This document shows, piece after piece, positions 13,059-27,099 of a stretch of 64,000 nt of DNA. The notes below the pieces were generated by a model that did not search any database, had not been told where the DNA came from, and saw nothing but the letters and a program-made list of their open reading frames with translations. The translations under genes and the position numbers were made by a program. Origin of the DNA: Octopus vulgaris (Eukaryota); NCBI GenBank assembly GCA_951406725.2, contig OX597817.1, forward strand, positions 116,684,001-116,748,000, written 5' to 3'. Positions within the stretch are counted from its first letter, which is position 1, and every line of letters starts with the position of its first letter.

Positions 13059-14538
13059 TAATTAAGGTGTTTCATAATTTCTTAATGATGATTCTGAAAC
13101 TCAACAATTTCACTTGAACAATTTTGCAATATAACTTGCTGTTTTTGCTTTTTTTTTTCTTAGTTTATTCATATACTTGAATTTTACTTAAATTACAGGC
13201 AAGAAAATGGAATCCATTAGTTAGAAATAGTTCAACAGAATATAATGACAGCCCCAAATTTTATCCTATTGTATAATTTTGTATAAATTTGATTGACACA
13301 ACAGCATCAATACAATTAGAAATTCTAGCTATATCATGTTTCATAAATACAAGTTATGTATATTTCCATAATAAGCAATACATTATGTATGCTTTTCTGA
13401 GAATGTGTGAATGTATTTATGTATATGTATTTATAATTTTTTTTTTCTTTTATGTAGAAAGGCCACATCACAAAGGAATATTGAATTTAAATAGAGATGG
13501 CAGCTTCCTCTTGCTTTTAAAATTTAATATCTCCAGAATCAGTTATTAAAATTCTATAAATTGTCATTTATTCACTTCTTGTCAATGGGAATTATGTTAA
13601 TATAAATGCATTCCAGATGTTCCGGGATAAAATGACATTCTATAAGCCAGAATATATCTATTTAAGCCAGTAATTTAGATGATTCTCGAAACCAATTATC
13701 AATGTAAATAATATTCTAGCTTGTTGTTGCTTTACCTAACTGGTTAGACACTGCATATAGAAATGCATAATCATTATTCAATCACAATATATTACTATTT
13801 ACATCAATATTAAACATAAAATATAAAAGTCATGATGTATTAGCTAAATTTTCTGAGATAAATTGAACAACAATAAAACAAAATTAATATCATGTGCTCT
13901 TTCAGTGGATAATATTTAATGTAAACACAACATAGATTGGAATTGTCAGATAGCTTAATTACAAATGAACCAGTTTACACTGTAACCATGCTATATAGCT
14001 TTCTACAGAAACAACTTCTTCTTTAACATTAATAATACCTAAACAGTAAAACCAGGAAACCCAAGAAATAGTGGTAAGTGCACCAACAAAAATTAATCCA
14101 TAGGAGTGTTTGTGCAAGAGTTAAGTGAGCTGATATACCATGAAGAGTGAAATTATCTAAGGTTTCAGATATTTATTCTTCCTCTTCATAGTAAAGGAGA
14201 GGAAGGAGAGAATGTGAGGAACAAATATATGAGTATTTTCACTCACGTCAGAAAATTGCCAATGTAACAGAAGCTATATCTTTATAGTGAAGGTGTTATT
14301 GTTATCTAATATATTCTAAACTATCAAATATTTGCTTGAGAGTAAATTATATGCTTAAATTGATTAGGTTATTATATTTGGGGTTCATCTGTACTGAAAC
14401 TAATTCTCTCAGTTTAGTGATTTACGATGATACCAACCCAATTAATATAACAATGTTTAAGAAATGAGCAATCATAAGAATGAACAAATTTCAAGGTATG
14501 ACTGTTCCAGCATAAGTTCTATAAGTGTCAACATTAAC

Positions 14539-14702
14539 CCTCAGCCTGTCTTGTATATCATATGTAATACACAGGACTTGTTAGCCTGGCATCCATAAAA
14601 CATATATGTCCTACATTCCCAATGTTTTCAACCACCAGAGTAACTTGTGAAAAGAATGCTTTAAATTGCTCAGAACATATGAAGCAAGGGTTAACTAAAA
14701 GT
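14539..14702 (-). pseudogene. Exon remnant, C-linker-like (repeat III)
   Basis: Acceptor ttgttttcAG (or ttttAG) and donor GTtaat. Reads LKHSFHKLLWWLKTLGM*DIYVLWMPG*QVLCITYDIQDRL (compare 'Y..LW....G......LP..L...I..D'). Confidence 0.4.
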
Positions 14703-16949
14703 CTGAAAACAAGCATGTATGCTTCAGAGAAACTAATGAAAATGTTTAGCACAAAAATAGAAATAACGTCCTTCCATCCCCCCATCTCTCTTCTCCACCC
14801 ACAATTCCTTGGAGGTTCATTGAGATAGAGTCCTCAGACACCTCCTTCGAAGGGTCCAATCAGAAACAACTATACTTTTCCATCTGCATACCCAAGCATG
14901 ACCAACTGAAAGTATGGATAATATCCCTCCATTTCATTCTTGGCCTACCCTTAAGTTTCCTGCTGGCTGACATTCTGAAAGATCTTGTCATTCTTCCCTA
15001 TGACATTCAAACCCCATGTCGATAGTATTAAAGCTGTGATCTCTCATTGCTGTGAAGTAGTGGCTCAACTTGGAGAGAATTCCTGATCACTGAACCATGC
15101 ATCTTGTTGAATAACATTGTTCCAGAGATCCTTTGGAGAGACCCTGTTTCAGCCATTTTTATACACAATCATATTCTTTTAGACACTACCCAACGTTCAT
15201 GACAATTGGTGAGGATAGCACAAAACTGAATTAACGATAACTTTTTGATATAAACAGACAACAAAAGCAGAATTATACCAGAAAGTATAGTAAGAGTGAA
15301 AGAAAATTATTAGTATATAGTAGTAATTTTGCTAAAGTGTAAGCTTTTAAGAAAGAATTAAAACTATAAAGATTACAATAAAAGATTTAAAATAACAAAA
15401 ATAGTAAACCATACAATTTTTACTTGTTGCTTAAAATGTATTGTTAATGCCAAAAGTATTCAATAAGATTTATAAAATGTTTGGGGGTTGACTACAATAT
15501 GCTTAATCTCCTGATTACAATGTACTTAATCTTGCTCACTGATAGCAAAGAATTCAAAATAATATTTCATGATTGCAACATTGTTTTATATTTCTTCTAA
15601 TCTAACCACAGAAATGAATAAAATAATATATAAACTAAAACCAAAATTTAGAAGGAAAATATGAAGAAATACAAAGCTAGTCATGTTATTTGAGATATTC
15701 TATGATAAAGAGCCACAAAATGTTTATTCTGAATATTGATTTTAAGACATGCTTTTTCATTATTTTATTTTCTTAAGAAGAGATAGTTCCATTAAGTATT
15801 ATTGGAGAATTATCGAAAGAAACAATGATAATGGGTAAGTAAATATTACAATAACACCTAATGGCATTTACACACATAAGAGAACACAGAAATAATGAAT
15901 GACCACTGCATTATGTCTTCCTTTATATGCAAATCAGTAAACCGAAAGATAAAGAGTCTTAACTTCAAAAGAATGTTTTATGTCTTCAATGATAATTTTC
16001 TTCCATAAGCTCATCTGGATTTTCTTCCTTATTTGTGAAATCTAATTCCATTCTAATCTGCAGAAACTTTAAAATCATTGCCACACTTCTAAAGTGTACA
16101 TACATACATATAATTTTATTGAATCCTTGTTCAAGAACAAAAAAAAAAAAAAGCTGAACATTAAAGCATTATAAAGAAAACCAATAAAAAAAAAACAAAA
16201 AGCAAGATATAAAAGACAATAAATGAGAAATAAAATGGATATCTGAATAAATAAATTCTCCGAAAGAAATAAACGAATAAATAAACAAACAAAAGTGTCT
16301 TTTAAAACTCTTAAATGTATTCATACATTAATACTAACTGTAGAACAGCTATATCAATGATTTACATGCTACACAAAGTCTTTATCTCGTATTTATGTTT
16401 TGCATTCTTGATTACATTCTCATAATAACACACTTATCTGAATTCATATTTGCATAATGATACCCACTGAGAAAATAATGGCTTTACTTCAACAGACTTT
16501 AAGCTCCTTCATTTCATCCTATTTAGAATTTTGGATCAACTAGATGACAGGAGCAATAAAGGATGTTTTTGGAGAGTAAGGGATTATTATCCTGTCAAGT
16601 ATGTTCTATCCAAATTGAAATATATTTGAAATGTTGTAAATAGGCTGCTGTTTTTTAAAAGATGATGCGGAATATAGAAAGTATTTTATTTCAAAATCAG
16701 TTATATGTGAAATGGAAATATTGCATTCAACAGGATTGTCTCTTAGCACTTAAAACTGCATACCTATTTCCACATGGAAATTGTTCAGTGACAAGGTATC
16801 AGGAATTTTATGAATGATACTTTTTAAATTTTTATTGCTTTAGGATTATCTGAGTGTAAATAATTCAATAAGTGGAATTAAAGGAAATTTGATTAATGTT
16901 CCAAATTCTTTCATTGGGTCTACAATGTGAACAGAAATTATGACATTCC

Positions 16950-16982
16950 CACTCCTCCTCCTCCTCCTCCTCCTCATCATCC

Positions 16983-17016
<34 letters not shown>

Positions 17017-17100
17017 TTTCATCACCACCACCACCATCACTGTTGTCATTGTCAACATCATCATCATCATCATCATCATTATCATCACCAACAACATCAA
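16950..17100. repeat. (CCT)n/(CAT)n/(CAC)n trinucleotide repeat
   Basis: Seen directly; explains the poly-His, poly-Ile and poly-Met ORFs. Confidence 0.95.
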
Positions 17101-18275
17101 TATCATCTCAAGAAAAGTGAGTTGGTAGAATTAGAAATCATTAAAGTATAAAAGAGCCAGACGATGATGTTAACCCTTTAACTGTGATATTAAATTTCAT
17201 CTTTCATCCAGTAATAATGTTAAATATCTACTAAAAAAAATAGAATTAATATTTTATCCAAGTCACGTTGCCTCAGTGATCTTGATATATTTCAATAAAA
17301 AATAGTTTCAAAAATGATGTCCTTCAACAAAAGTTAAGAGTAATGAAATTTTGAGTGGATATATCTGCTTTCTGGAGTAAAAAGGTTAAACAAAACAACA
17401 AATTAAATCTGCTACCCAAAGCCTATATCTCTTTACATTCAGAGTTCAAATCCTTTGCTTTTCATCCCTGTGAGAATGGAAGGTAAAGTACTAGCCAAAA
17501 AGGAAATCAACTAACCCCCACTTTTTCAAACATCATGCATTGTGCCTATACTAGAAATAATTAATATCACTATTATTATATGAATGTTTTCTATTAGATG
17601 TATCTATGATATAACATTTCCCATTTCATTTCATGTATTTACATTAATAACAGCCAGCATTCTAAGTTCATTCTTACATTGTAACTCCTCCCTCGTCTTT
17701 CTTGATCTTTTTCTGCTTTAACTACCTTCCACAATCATCATCACATGCCATATTGTCAACTAGAGCTTATTGTCTATCGTCTATTTGTATCACAGATCTA
17801 TTAGCAATACAATCAGTATTTATTTTCACAAGCAAGATCATGCTTTCAAAGGACCATTAAAACAATTTTACATGTTATTGTTGAAAGTCTACAACATATG
17901 ATCATTTTATTTATATACAGCTTGCACATATCTTCAATAATTAATATAAATAATAACAATATTATACTTCCATGATGATGATGATCATCATCAATATCAT
18001 CAATATCATTATCATTTTTCTCGACTAGTTTCTATGCTCACATAAGTACGACACAATTCATTGAAGCAGATATTTTACAACTGGATGCCCTTCGTGTCAC
18101 CAACCCCTATCGTTTCCAAGCAAGGTAATATTTCTTCATCGCTAGGTATGTTTTCAAGGATGATTTGAAAGTAGGGCTGCTGCTTGTATGATGTATATCT
18201 ATTGCATAATGTCATGGCAAGGAAACACACATACAAACATAGAACACATAAATATATATATATGGCTTCTTTACA

Positions 18276-18501
18276 GGCGGCAAGCTGGCAGAAACGTTAG
18301 CGTGTCGGGCGAAATACTTAGCGGTATTTCATCTGTCGTTTCGTTGTGAGTTCAAATTCCGCCGAGGTCGACTTTGTCTTTCATCCTTTCGGGGTCGATA
18401 AATAAAGCACCAGTTTCACACTGGGGTCGATGTAATCGACTTAATCCCTTTGTCTGTCCTTGTTTGTCCCCTCTATGTTTAGCCCCTTGTGGGCAGTAAA
18501 G
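18276..18501 (+). mobile_element. tRNA-derived SINE family B, young copy with 23-bp TSD
   Basis: GGCGGCAAGCTGGCAGAAACGTTAGC...GAGTTCAAATTCC. aaatatatatatatggcttcttt occurs at 18250-18272 and 18502-18524. Confidence 0.9.
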
Positions 18502-19570
18502 AAATATATATATATGGCTTCTTTCAGTTTCCTTCTACCATATCAATTCAAAAGAGTTTTGGTTGACCTAAAGGTACAGTAGAAAGCACTTTCCCAAAGT
18601 AGGACTGAAACTGAAACCATTTTGATGGGAAGTGAACTTGTTAAATACACAGCTATACCTGGGCCTTGGAATCAATATTACCAAGTAGCTACAACAGATA
18701 CAATTATGGATTTTACTGAAATAGATTTAAAAGTCGATTTGAAGAGGTCATCAATATACTGACTAATATGATTAAATATTGGTTATAACAGTCAAAATTT
18801 ATTGTAAGAAAACAATTTAGGAGCTGAAGTTGGATATAAATTTAGCATCATGAACTTGCTCTGAGCTTTTCCCATTCAGATTATATCCACATTGTTTCGA
18901 ATTAATTATGCATTATGAATAGCTTAAAAATTTCAATGAGGATTCACAGGGGTCAAGTCAAACAAAATGCTGTGAAGCTCTTTGTTGTATCCTTTTATGT
19001 TCTGAATTCAAATGTCACTGAGACCATCTTTGCCTTTTAGTCTTTTCGGCTCAATAAAAAATAGCCTAGTAGTAGATGCCGAGTCAAACTGATCAATTAT
19101 GTTCATCCCATAAATTTGTGGCCTTGTCCCTCTGTCAGGAATTAATATTATTCAGTTTCCCATACCAGAAATATGTATGATCTTGTTACAAGAAAAGAAA
19201 GTAATATTTATATATCTAAAACCAATGTGTATGTTGCTTATAATCACATCATCAGTTACCAAGCAGACCTATGACCTAAAGCATTCTAGACATCACTATA
19301 CCATTTTTGCTTGATAATTAAATCTTATAAAAGAAAGCGACACATTAAAAACACATTGAGAAAGAGATGAAATGTGTTTTTACTGTTCAGAATCAAGCCA
19401 GACTTTATTAATAATCAGACCTATGGGCAAAAGCATTCCATACATATCCATTTCGTTCTTTTCTTTCAGACAGTCTGTATAAGTTTATATTAGCCAAAAG
19501 TTAGTAAGCTATGATTTGAAAAAAGATTTCTCTGATGTTTATAGTAGGCAGGACAGGATAATGCATGTAC

Positions 19571-19780
19571 CAATCACTTTGCAAAGTAAGTGTAAAAATA
19601 TCAATAATAATAATTATAAATGAGGTGGAGAATGGTATTGAATCTAACGAATCATAAAGAAGAAGTAAACACTTGACAGACAATAAAGCTATTTTATTCA
19701 AATATAGTGCAGAAGATATTCCAGCTCTTATTGTTTTAGAAATTGTGTAATACGACAAAAGGTATAGCTGTCTTTATTGT
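19571..19780 (-). pseudogene. Exon remnant, S1-S2-like (repeat III)
   Basis: Acceptor taacAG and donor GTacat. Frames give IPFVVLHNF*NNKSWNIFCTIF and LLLLYDSLDSIPFSTSFIIIIIDIFTLT (hydrophobic, S2-like 'IIDIF'). Confidence 0.35.
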
Positions 19781-20298
19781 CTGTTACTTAATACAAAACA
19801 GAACACGGAACAAAAGAAATATGTTCTCTAAGCAAATAATTCAAATTTTTAATTGTATACTTTCTAATTATTAAGAGAGATAACGTAATGTATTGATATT
19901 ATCAAACTATATCAAACAGAATATACAAAAATATAACTAATTTAGGCTTGTATGTACATCTTTCTCCATATGCATATATAGGTGGTTGTATGTAAGAATG
20001 CATGTATGTGTGTGCAAGTGTGCATGTGTGTGTATGTGTGTATATGCATATATAGGTATATATCTGAATGTGTGTATGAGTGTGTGTGCATAGTGCACAC
20101 ACATACACACACACACATCTTTATTGAGTTTGTTTTGGAAGATTCTTGATGTGAAATTGTGTTGAAACATGGCAATAAAAATGTTTCTATTTCATTTCTT
20201 TTCATTATTCTTAATCAAATGGTTACAGTCATACATATAAACAAGAATACATACATATGTAGTTACACACATATGCATATATATATATATATACATGC

Positions 20299-20381
<83 letters not shown>

Positions 20382-20394
20382 CTTATATATATAT

Positions 20395-20660
20395 TTATCC
20401 TTCGAAACGTAGAGTAGATGAAACCTTTAGCGACTGAAGAAGGGTTTTTTTCTTTGTGTTAATTGTCCTGTACTCTATTTTTTTTGCGGTTTTTAAATAA
20501 ATGCCCAGTTCCTTTGGTTTGTGTCTATGTTTTCGTTTCTCATTGTGGTCGACGTCCTTTTGGTGCCCTGTACTCATATATGCGTGTATATGTACATGTA
20601 GGGGTAGGTAAGTACATATATGTTTATATATATGCATATGTTTTATTTTATTTATTAATA
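20395..20660 (+). mobile_element. Penelope-associated short repeat (family F) with hammerhead-like core
   Basis: CCTTCGAAACGTAGAGTA...CGACTGAAGAAGGG. Reverse-orientation homologues at about 40110-40400 and a relative at 29110-29390. Confidence 0.6.
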
Positions 20661-20712
20661 TATTATATATATATATATAGATATGTATGTATATGTATGT
20701 ATATATGTGTGT

Positions 20713-20746
<34 letters not shown>

Positions 20747-21034
20747 ATATAAAAGTATGATATATACATATATACAAACATAAGATTAGAAAATGGAGAA
20801 ATACATCTAAATCAAATATCAATTACCAGATAATACTCAATCACATACTTTATTAAACCACCACATAAGAGACTGTAGGGTTAAACATAAAAAAGCAGAA
20901 CAAATCAGTATACATAAAGGAATGTACATAAAAAAGTGTACATAAAAGAGTAATGTTGTATAATAAGTAGAATATATATATAAAAAAGAGAATATAAATA
21001 TAAGTAAATATAAATATAAGTATAGATTACATCT

Positions 21035-21154
21035 TACAGCTGTTTCGGCCATGTAGATAAGTATGTCTCATTTTACCAATATTAGCCTTTTATGGTAGGT
21101 CAATATATTAGATATAAATGAGACATTTACAAATATATCATAAGGCCTCTTCGG
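21035..21154 (-). ncRNA. Hammerhead-ribozyme-like motif with extended stem II
   Basis: Minus strand: CCGAAGA-GGCC...(long stem)...GGCC-GAAAC-AGCT-GTA, with palindromic loop III AGCT. Confidence 0.5.
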
Positions 21155-22298
21155 AAATATACATATGAGTGTATATACTCACACTCCTATACATATAAAA
21201 ATATACATATACATAATAATGTAAATAAATAATATAAATTAGTAAACATATATATGTTCCACATTCAATGTTTCAGTTTTCAACTTAATATTGTGATAAT
21301 AAACATACACATATTAGTACCTAGATGCAAATATACATAGTCAATAGCACATTATATTACTTCCTACTAATTTCCAAAGTGTCATTAAAGTTAGCATCAT
21401 TATCGTTGTCAATACCATTAATGCTACCATTATTATCATTCATAATATTATTAATAACGCTTACATTAGGATCCAAAGTGGCACATATGTATGTCCGGGT
21501 TCCACTTAGTAATTTTCCTTATGACATAAATACACTATTGGATTTGAATTTAAATTATCATTGTCTTCAACATCGTTGGTCCGTTGAGAGCAGCCCGACC
21601 TCCACCACACTGCACAAGAAAACCAAACACATCCACATCCAACCCTAAACCACACGTCCATATAAAAACCCACACACACATGCACACACACATGAATACA
21701 CCCCGACACATCCCTACACATTCACTAGATTGCAGAGTGTATGTCTATCATCGCATGGCTTATAGACAAATCAGTACAGGCAGCAGTGTCTATACACTAA
21801 CATACACTCACACTCACATCCGCATATACTCATAAATATTAATACACTCTCATATACTGTATCAGGGAACATTCGCACACACATATATACATATTTAAAT
21901 ATATGTCTGTGCACTCATACGTACAAATAAAACCTAAACTTATATCCACTCATGAATAAATATTTGCATATACATATATACATATCCAAATACGCACCTG
22001 CGTACTCATATGTATAAGAAAAACATACATCCGTACATCCACCCACGAACATACCTATACGTACAAAAACATACATACGTACACATACACATTTTCACAC
22101 ACCTCGACACCTCAACCCACATCCACTAAATCATAAATTAAAATATATGTCTGCCCATCCAAAGACGTATATATACATACACAAAAAGTAAACAGAAGTT
22201 ACTATTAAATTAGATATAGGTTCATTAATTATAAATTAAATTAAATTAATTATAAGTTAGTAAGTGCCAAATAAACAAAAATAAAAATAAATAATTAA

Positions 22299-22356
<58 letters not shown>

Positions 22357-22869
22357 ATGTATAGATAAATAGATAAATAAAATGGAATACAAATTAAGAA
22401 GAGCACAAAGATAAACCTAATATAGTAAATATAAGTGGATACGCCGAAATGCACCCACATGCACATACATGTGCATGCACGCCCCCGCACGGACACGCGA
22501 ATTCATGCCTGGGCCCACACGCACACACGATCACCGAGATGCACACCAGAACACGCGTAGAAGTACACGCGAATGTCCGCAAGCACAGCGCGCGAGAGTG
22601 TACACGTTGAAGCACATGCGCGGACTCGCTCGCGCATGCGTGCGCGGGCGCACAAACTCCGGTGCACAACCACCCAAGCCCACGCTAGTGCAGCAGAAAT
22701 ACAACAACCTCCAACAAACCAACCGTAAAAAAAACCTTATATGCTCATCGGGATAAACAACTTATACTAATTATAGACTGTCACATATTACATATTGGTA
22801 TAGCAAAAACTCAAGCTAGTGCCCTATGTTATCCCATGGAGGGTTGCATTTACAACCCCTATCTTAATT

Positions 22870-22871
22870 TG

Positions 22872-22902
<31 letters not shown>

Positions 22903-23794
22903 AATATTAGGGAATAAATCCAAATTTACAGGGAAAAGGATTAAATCCAATTTTGCAAAATAGTGGTTTTGTCTCTAATAATATTACATATATATATATA
23001 TATATACATATATTATATTAAATTGGAGATAAAACCACTATTAGGCAAATCAAACAGTGAAAATCATAAGCCAATACATAGAAATGAATTTAATTAAAAA
23101 AATATAAAATATAAATATAAAAAATATAGAATTCCAAATTAAATTTTAAAAATCATTTAAATAATTTAAAGATAAGTTTAAAAAGAAAATTATATTTTTA
23201 TTATTATTATTTTATTTTATTTTATTTATTTATTTATTCATTTATTTTTTTTTTTGTATTTATTTATTAATTTTTAAAATTTTTTTCAAAAAAATTAAAA
23301 TATATATTTTTTATTTATTTATTTATATATATATATATTATATATATATATAAATTATATAACTAAAAAATATTAAAAGTTTAATATAAGATATTAAACT
23401 TTTAATACTTTTGATAGTTATATAATTTACAAAATAAATAAATAAATAAATAAATAAATTTTTTTTTAAATAATGAAAAAAAAATAAACGAAATAAAATA
23501 AAATAATAATAATAATAAATAAATATATATATATATATATATTTTAAACTTATAAGTTTAAATTATTTAAATAATTTTAAAAATTTAATTTGGAATTTTA
23601 TATTTTTTATATTTATGTTTTATATTTTTTTAATAAATGTTATTTCTATGTATTGGCTAATGATTTTACTGTTTGATTTGCCTAATAGTTGTTTTATCTC
23701 TAATTTAATATAATATATTTATACTATAAAATTAGATTTAATCCTAAATCTAATTTTTCCCTGTAAGTTTGGATTTACTCCCAAATATTATTAT

Positions 23795-23830
<36 letters not shown>
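22870..23830. repeat. Long AT-rich imperfect palindrome (foldback), centre about 23390
   Basis: attaggcaaatcaaacagtgaaaatcataagccaatacatagaaat (about 23040) versus atttctatgtattggctaatgattttactgtttgatttgcctaat (about 23640). ccaaatttacaggga versus tccctgtaagtttgg. Confidence 0.9.
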
Positions 23831-23846
<16 letters not shown>

Positions 23847-23886
23847 AATACATATATATATGAGCATGCAAGCGAATATATGTGAG

Positions 23887-23919
<33 letters not shown>

Positions 23920-23989
23920 ATACATACATACATACATACATACATAGATACATACATATATACGTACATACATACATGCATACATACAT

Positions 23990-24545
23990 GGTGGCTACCC
24001 CCTCGTTATCAAGTATGGCCATTGCACGAAGCTTAATCAATGTTGTTATCGTGCAATGCCTGTGCAAGAAGATTTTATTTTAAGTGAGGAAAGGCTGTGC
24101 ACTGAGTCAATCCCACTCACTAAGCAACAGCAGCCATAATCAGAAAAGAAGAACAAGTCAACATCATCGGTAACGACTGAGCCACAGGTCTTAATGTCAG
24201 AGTTATCCCAGTTACTTGAGTTACCTTCTCCTAGAAGGATGCCCTAACAAAGGCTAGGAGTCCTTCACTCCCAATGGCTTAACTGCGCGATCGGGTATTC
24301 AGTTCGATTATTTCTATGTTCCCGCGCATGATACAGCCTTAAAACATTTATTGGATGGCCGTTGACTCTCAAGAGTTCCTCCACTCTTTGACGGGATTTG
24401 CTTTTCATCCCGCAGGGTGTCCAATAAGCACCCTCCTCACCAAGCAAGCTTGGTGGGGTTGCCGGTTTAGTCGCCGACGACCCGACCATACAACAGGTTG
24501 TACTGGATTATATGTTGCCAGTAGCACTCGAAAGTGACTTGTCGT
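23990..24545 (-). mobile_element. RTE-like 5' UTR / non-autonomous element inserted in (CATA)n
   Basis: GC-rich block. Its minus strand (TGGTCGGGTCGTCGGCGACTAAACCGGCAACC...GAGAGTCAACGGCC) matches 34755-34900 on the plus strand. Confidence 0.55.
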
Positions 24546-24807
24546 AACATACATACATGCATATATACATACATACATAAATACATTTATATATATATAT
24601 ATATATGAGAGGTATTGGTATCTAGATGACCGAAAGAGCGCCGGTAATGCTAAGTAAGTGCTATGGATTAAACTCTTGGTTTGATAACAATATGAGTGAG
24701 GAGTCTAATGTGCATCTTGTATTAGCATGCATATATATATTAGACAGAATGAGATAACAGCTCCAAGATTGTGAGGAGTTTTCAAGATATTTATAATGAA
24801 ACAGTTT

Positions 24808-24847
24808 TACAGCTGTCTCTGGGATATTATGGATATCCCTTCATCAG
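24808..24847 (-). ncRNA. Minimal hammerhead-ribozyme-like motif (Penelope-type)
   Basis: Minus strand: CTGATGAA-GGGATAT-CCATA-ATATCCC-AGAGAC-AGCT-GTA, with GAAAC mutated to GAGAC. Confidence 0.55.
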
Positions 24848-26348
24848 AGATGGTGTGAGAAAATATTTGAGTTTGAATTATTGCGGAAAAGGAGGACATA
24901 GAGAATATAGAGGGAAATAAGAGAATGAAAGTAGAAATAAGATATATAAAGGTATTATTGTTGCAGTTCCATTATTTGAGGAAATTGGTGAATAGAAGTG
25001 GTAAAAAAAGTTTCCTGTACATGGTAAGTTCCAATAGCAGTTCATGTTTAGTCATTTCAAATATGAAACCGTAGAATCAGTGTTGCTTGTTCAAAAGGGT
25101 TTTGTGGTGTGAAGGAAAATTTGAGAATGCATTAGTAGTACTTGCGGATAGATGGAGGGTGTATGATTAGAGAGAGATAGGTCAAATTTAAAACAGGAAG
25201 AAAAATGAGAGGAAGGAAGAAAGAAAAAAGAAAAAAGGGAGAGAGAAAGAACAAAGAGTGAAAAAGTGAAGAACGGGTGAAAGAAGTGAGAAAGTGTGTG
25301 TTAATTGGTGGTCAAGATAATGTGATGGGAGGATGGGAGAGGTGCGTGGGAGGGATAGGAAAAGAAGAAAAGGTAAGGAGTAAAAGAATATGAGATATGT
25401 GAGTAGATGTGATATTACAGAGCTGCATTAAGAGATGGGTAGAGAAAAGATGGAGAAAAGCTATGGGTGGGGTGATACCGAAGAGAGTAGTAGTTTGGAA
25501 GTAAAATTTGAGGTGAAGGGAAGAATTCAAAGATATAACCTTAGGTTGGCATATGTACTCATGTACGCACACTATATATTTACAAATATGTATACATATA
25601 CACACACACATATATTACAGACACATACATACACATGCATATATACACATGCATGCTCATGCACATCCATAGATGTATTCATACATGCATGTGTGTGCGC
25701 ATACACGTATATATACACGCACACGCAAATACGTGCACATAGGTGCTCACGCATTTTCAGTCACATGCATGCGAGCTTACAAGTACTTATGTATACATAT
25801 ATGCACATATATACACTCATATATTTGTATATATATGCACATACACATACATATGCACACACACACACATATATATATGCATACACACACATATACATAC
25901 ATAGATATATAATATATATAAGAATACATATAAACATAAAATACTTGTACCCACATTTACACCCACTCACATATATTCGCTTGTATGCTCATATATGTAG
26001 TATTAAATGATTGTGATTCTTAAAGTAAGATATGGGAGTTAATTATAGAACAAAAATTAAAATGGAGATAAGTAGGGTTATTGGGGATTACCTACAGTGT
26101 GTTGTGGATATATACTGTGTGGTTATTTAGGTTGCATCTCGATTTGTGTAAAATTTGAAGGACGTATGAAAAAGCAGTTGTTGCATGTACGTAGGGCCTC
26201 ATCATATTTGTTGAGTATTGTTGAGGAATCAAATGTCAAGTTAAGAAACTATGTATTATCCCTTTAGTTTTCTGTAATTTTATGCTCGATATGAAAGTAA
26301 ATTTACTTGTCAACATATATAAATATTTTTATAATTGTACATTATATA

Positions 26349-26903
26349 GTACGAGCAAAATGCCTCCCGTCCAATAGACGGTGCTGGATTGTTAAACATT
26401 TACACCAAATTTTCTCAAAAGAACTTGTCCGACCGTTCCATAGGCCTCCCTTTTGCGAAACACTGATTTAACCTAACTTTGAGACACCAGCAAAAGAAGA
26501 AATAAAGATAGACTTTTTTCTATTCCAAAGAAAAACGATTTTATTCCCACAAATATGCAACCGAAGAGTTTAAAGTACCTGTAATGATAAGGGTCTTGAC
26601 TGGGAGAACATAAACATGGTTTAAACAGTAAGCTTGGCAGGAAAGAAACGTGCTTTAAAGCAGTACAAAAAACAACAAAAATGGAACGTGCAGTTAAGTA
26701 CAGGTTGACGGAAGAAAAGCAGGACAAAAACGGCTTAATCGATTGCATTCTCACCTGGAATTGATTTTTGTAATTTTTTCAAAACTTATACACGCCCTGA
26801 TACCGTCGGCATCTACATATTAAATTTGAGCGCAATCGGATGGAGGATGCTCGAGATCATAGAAGACACACCCAGACAGACAGAACGGATTTTATATAAG
26901 AGA
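26349..26903 (-). mobile_element. Non-autonomous Helitron
   Basis: 5' end TCTTATATAAAATCCGTTCTGTCTGTCT on the minus strand. Subterminal hairpin cccgtc-caata-gacgg near a degenerate CTAG end at about 26350. Confidence 0.55.
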
Positions 26904-26908
26904 TGTTT

Positions 26909-26989
<81 letters not shown>

Positions 26990-27099
26990 CAAGGAAAGAT
27001 TGTAAAAAGGCAGAATGCTAAATTGAAAGAAAATTTTAATGAAAATGGGTGTATGGAAAAGTCTTTGAAAAATTGATAAAAGATATATATATTAATTCA

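Noticed and set aside
16927-17151. Poly-Pro/poly-His protein
   Set aside because: Trinucleotide microsatellite.
22440-22700. CpG-island-like GC-rich patch as a promoter
   Set aside because: Looks like a degenerate (CA/CG)n region inside Penelope-type repeat sequence, with no adjacent gene start.
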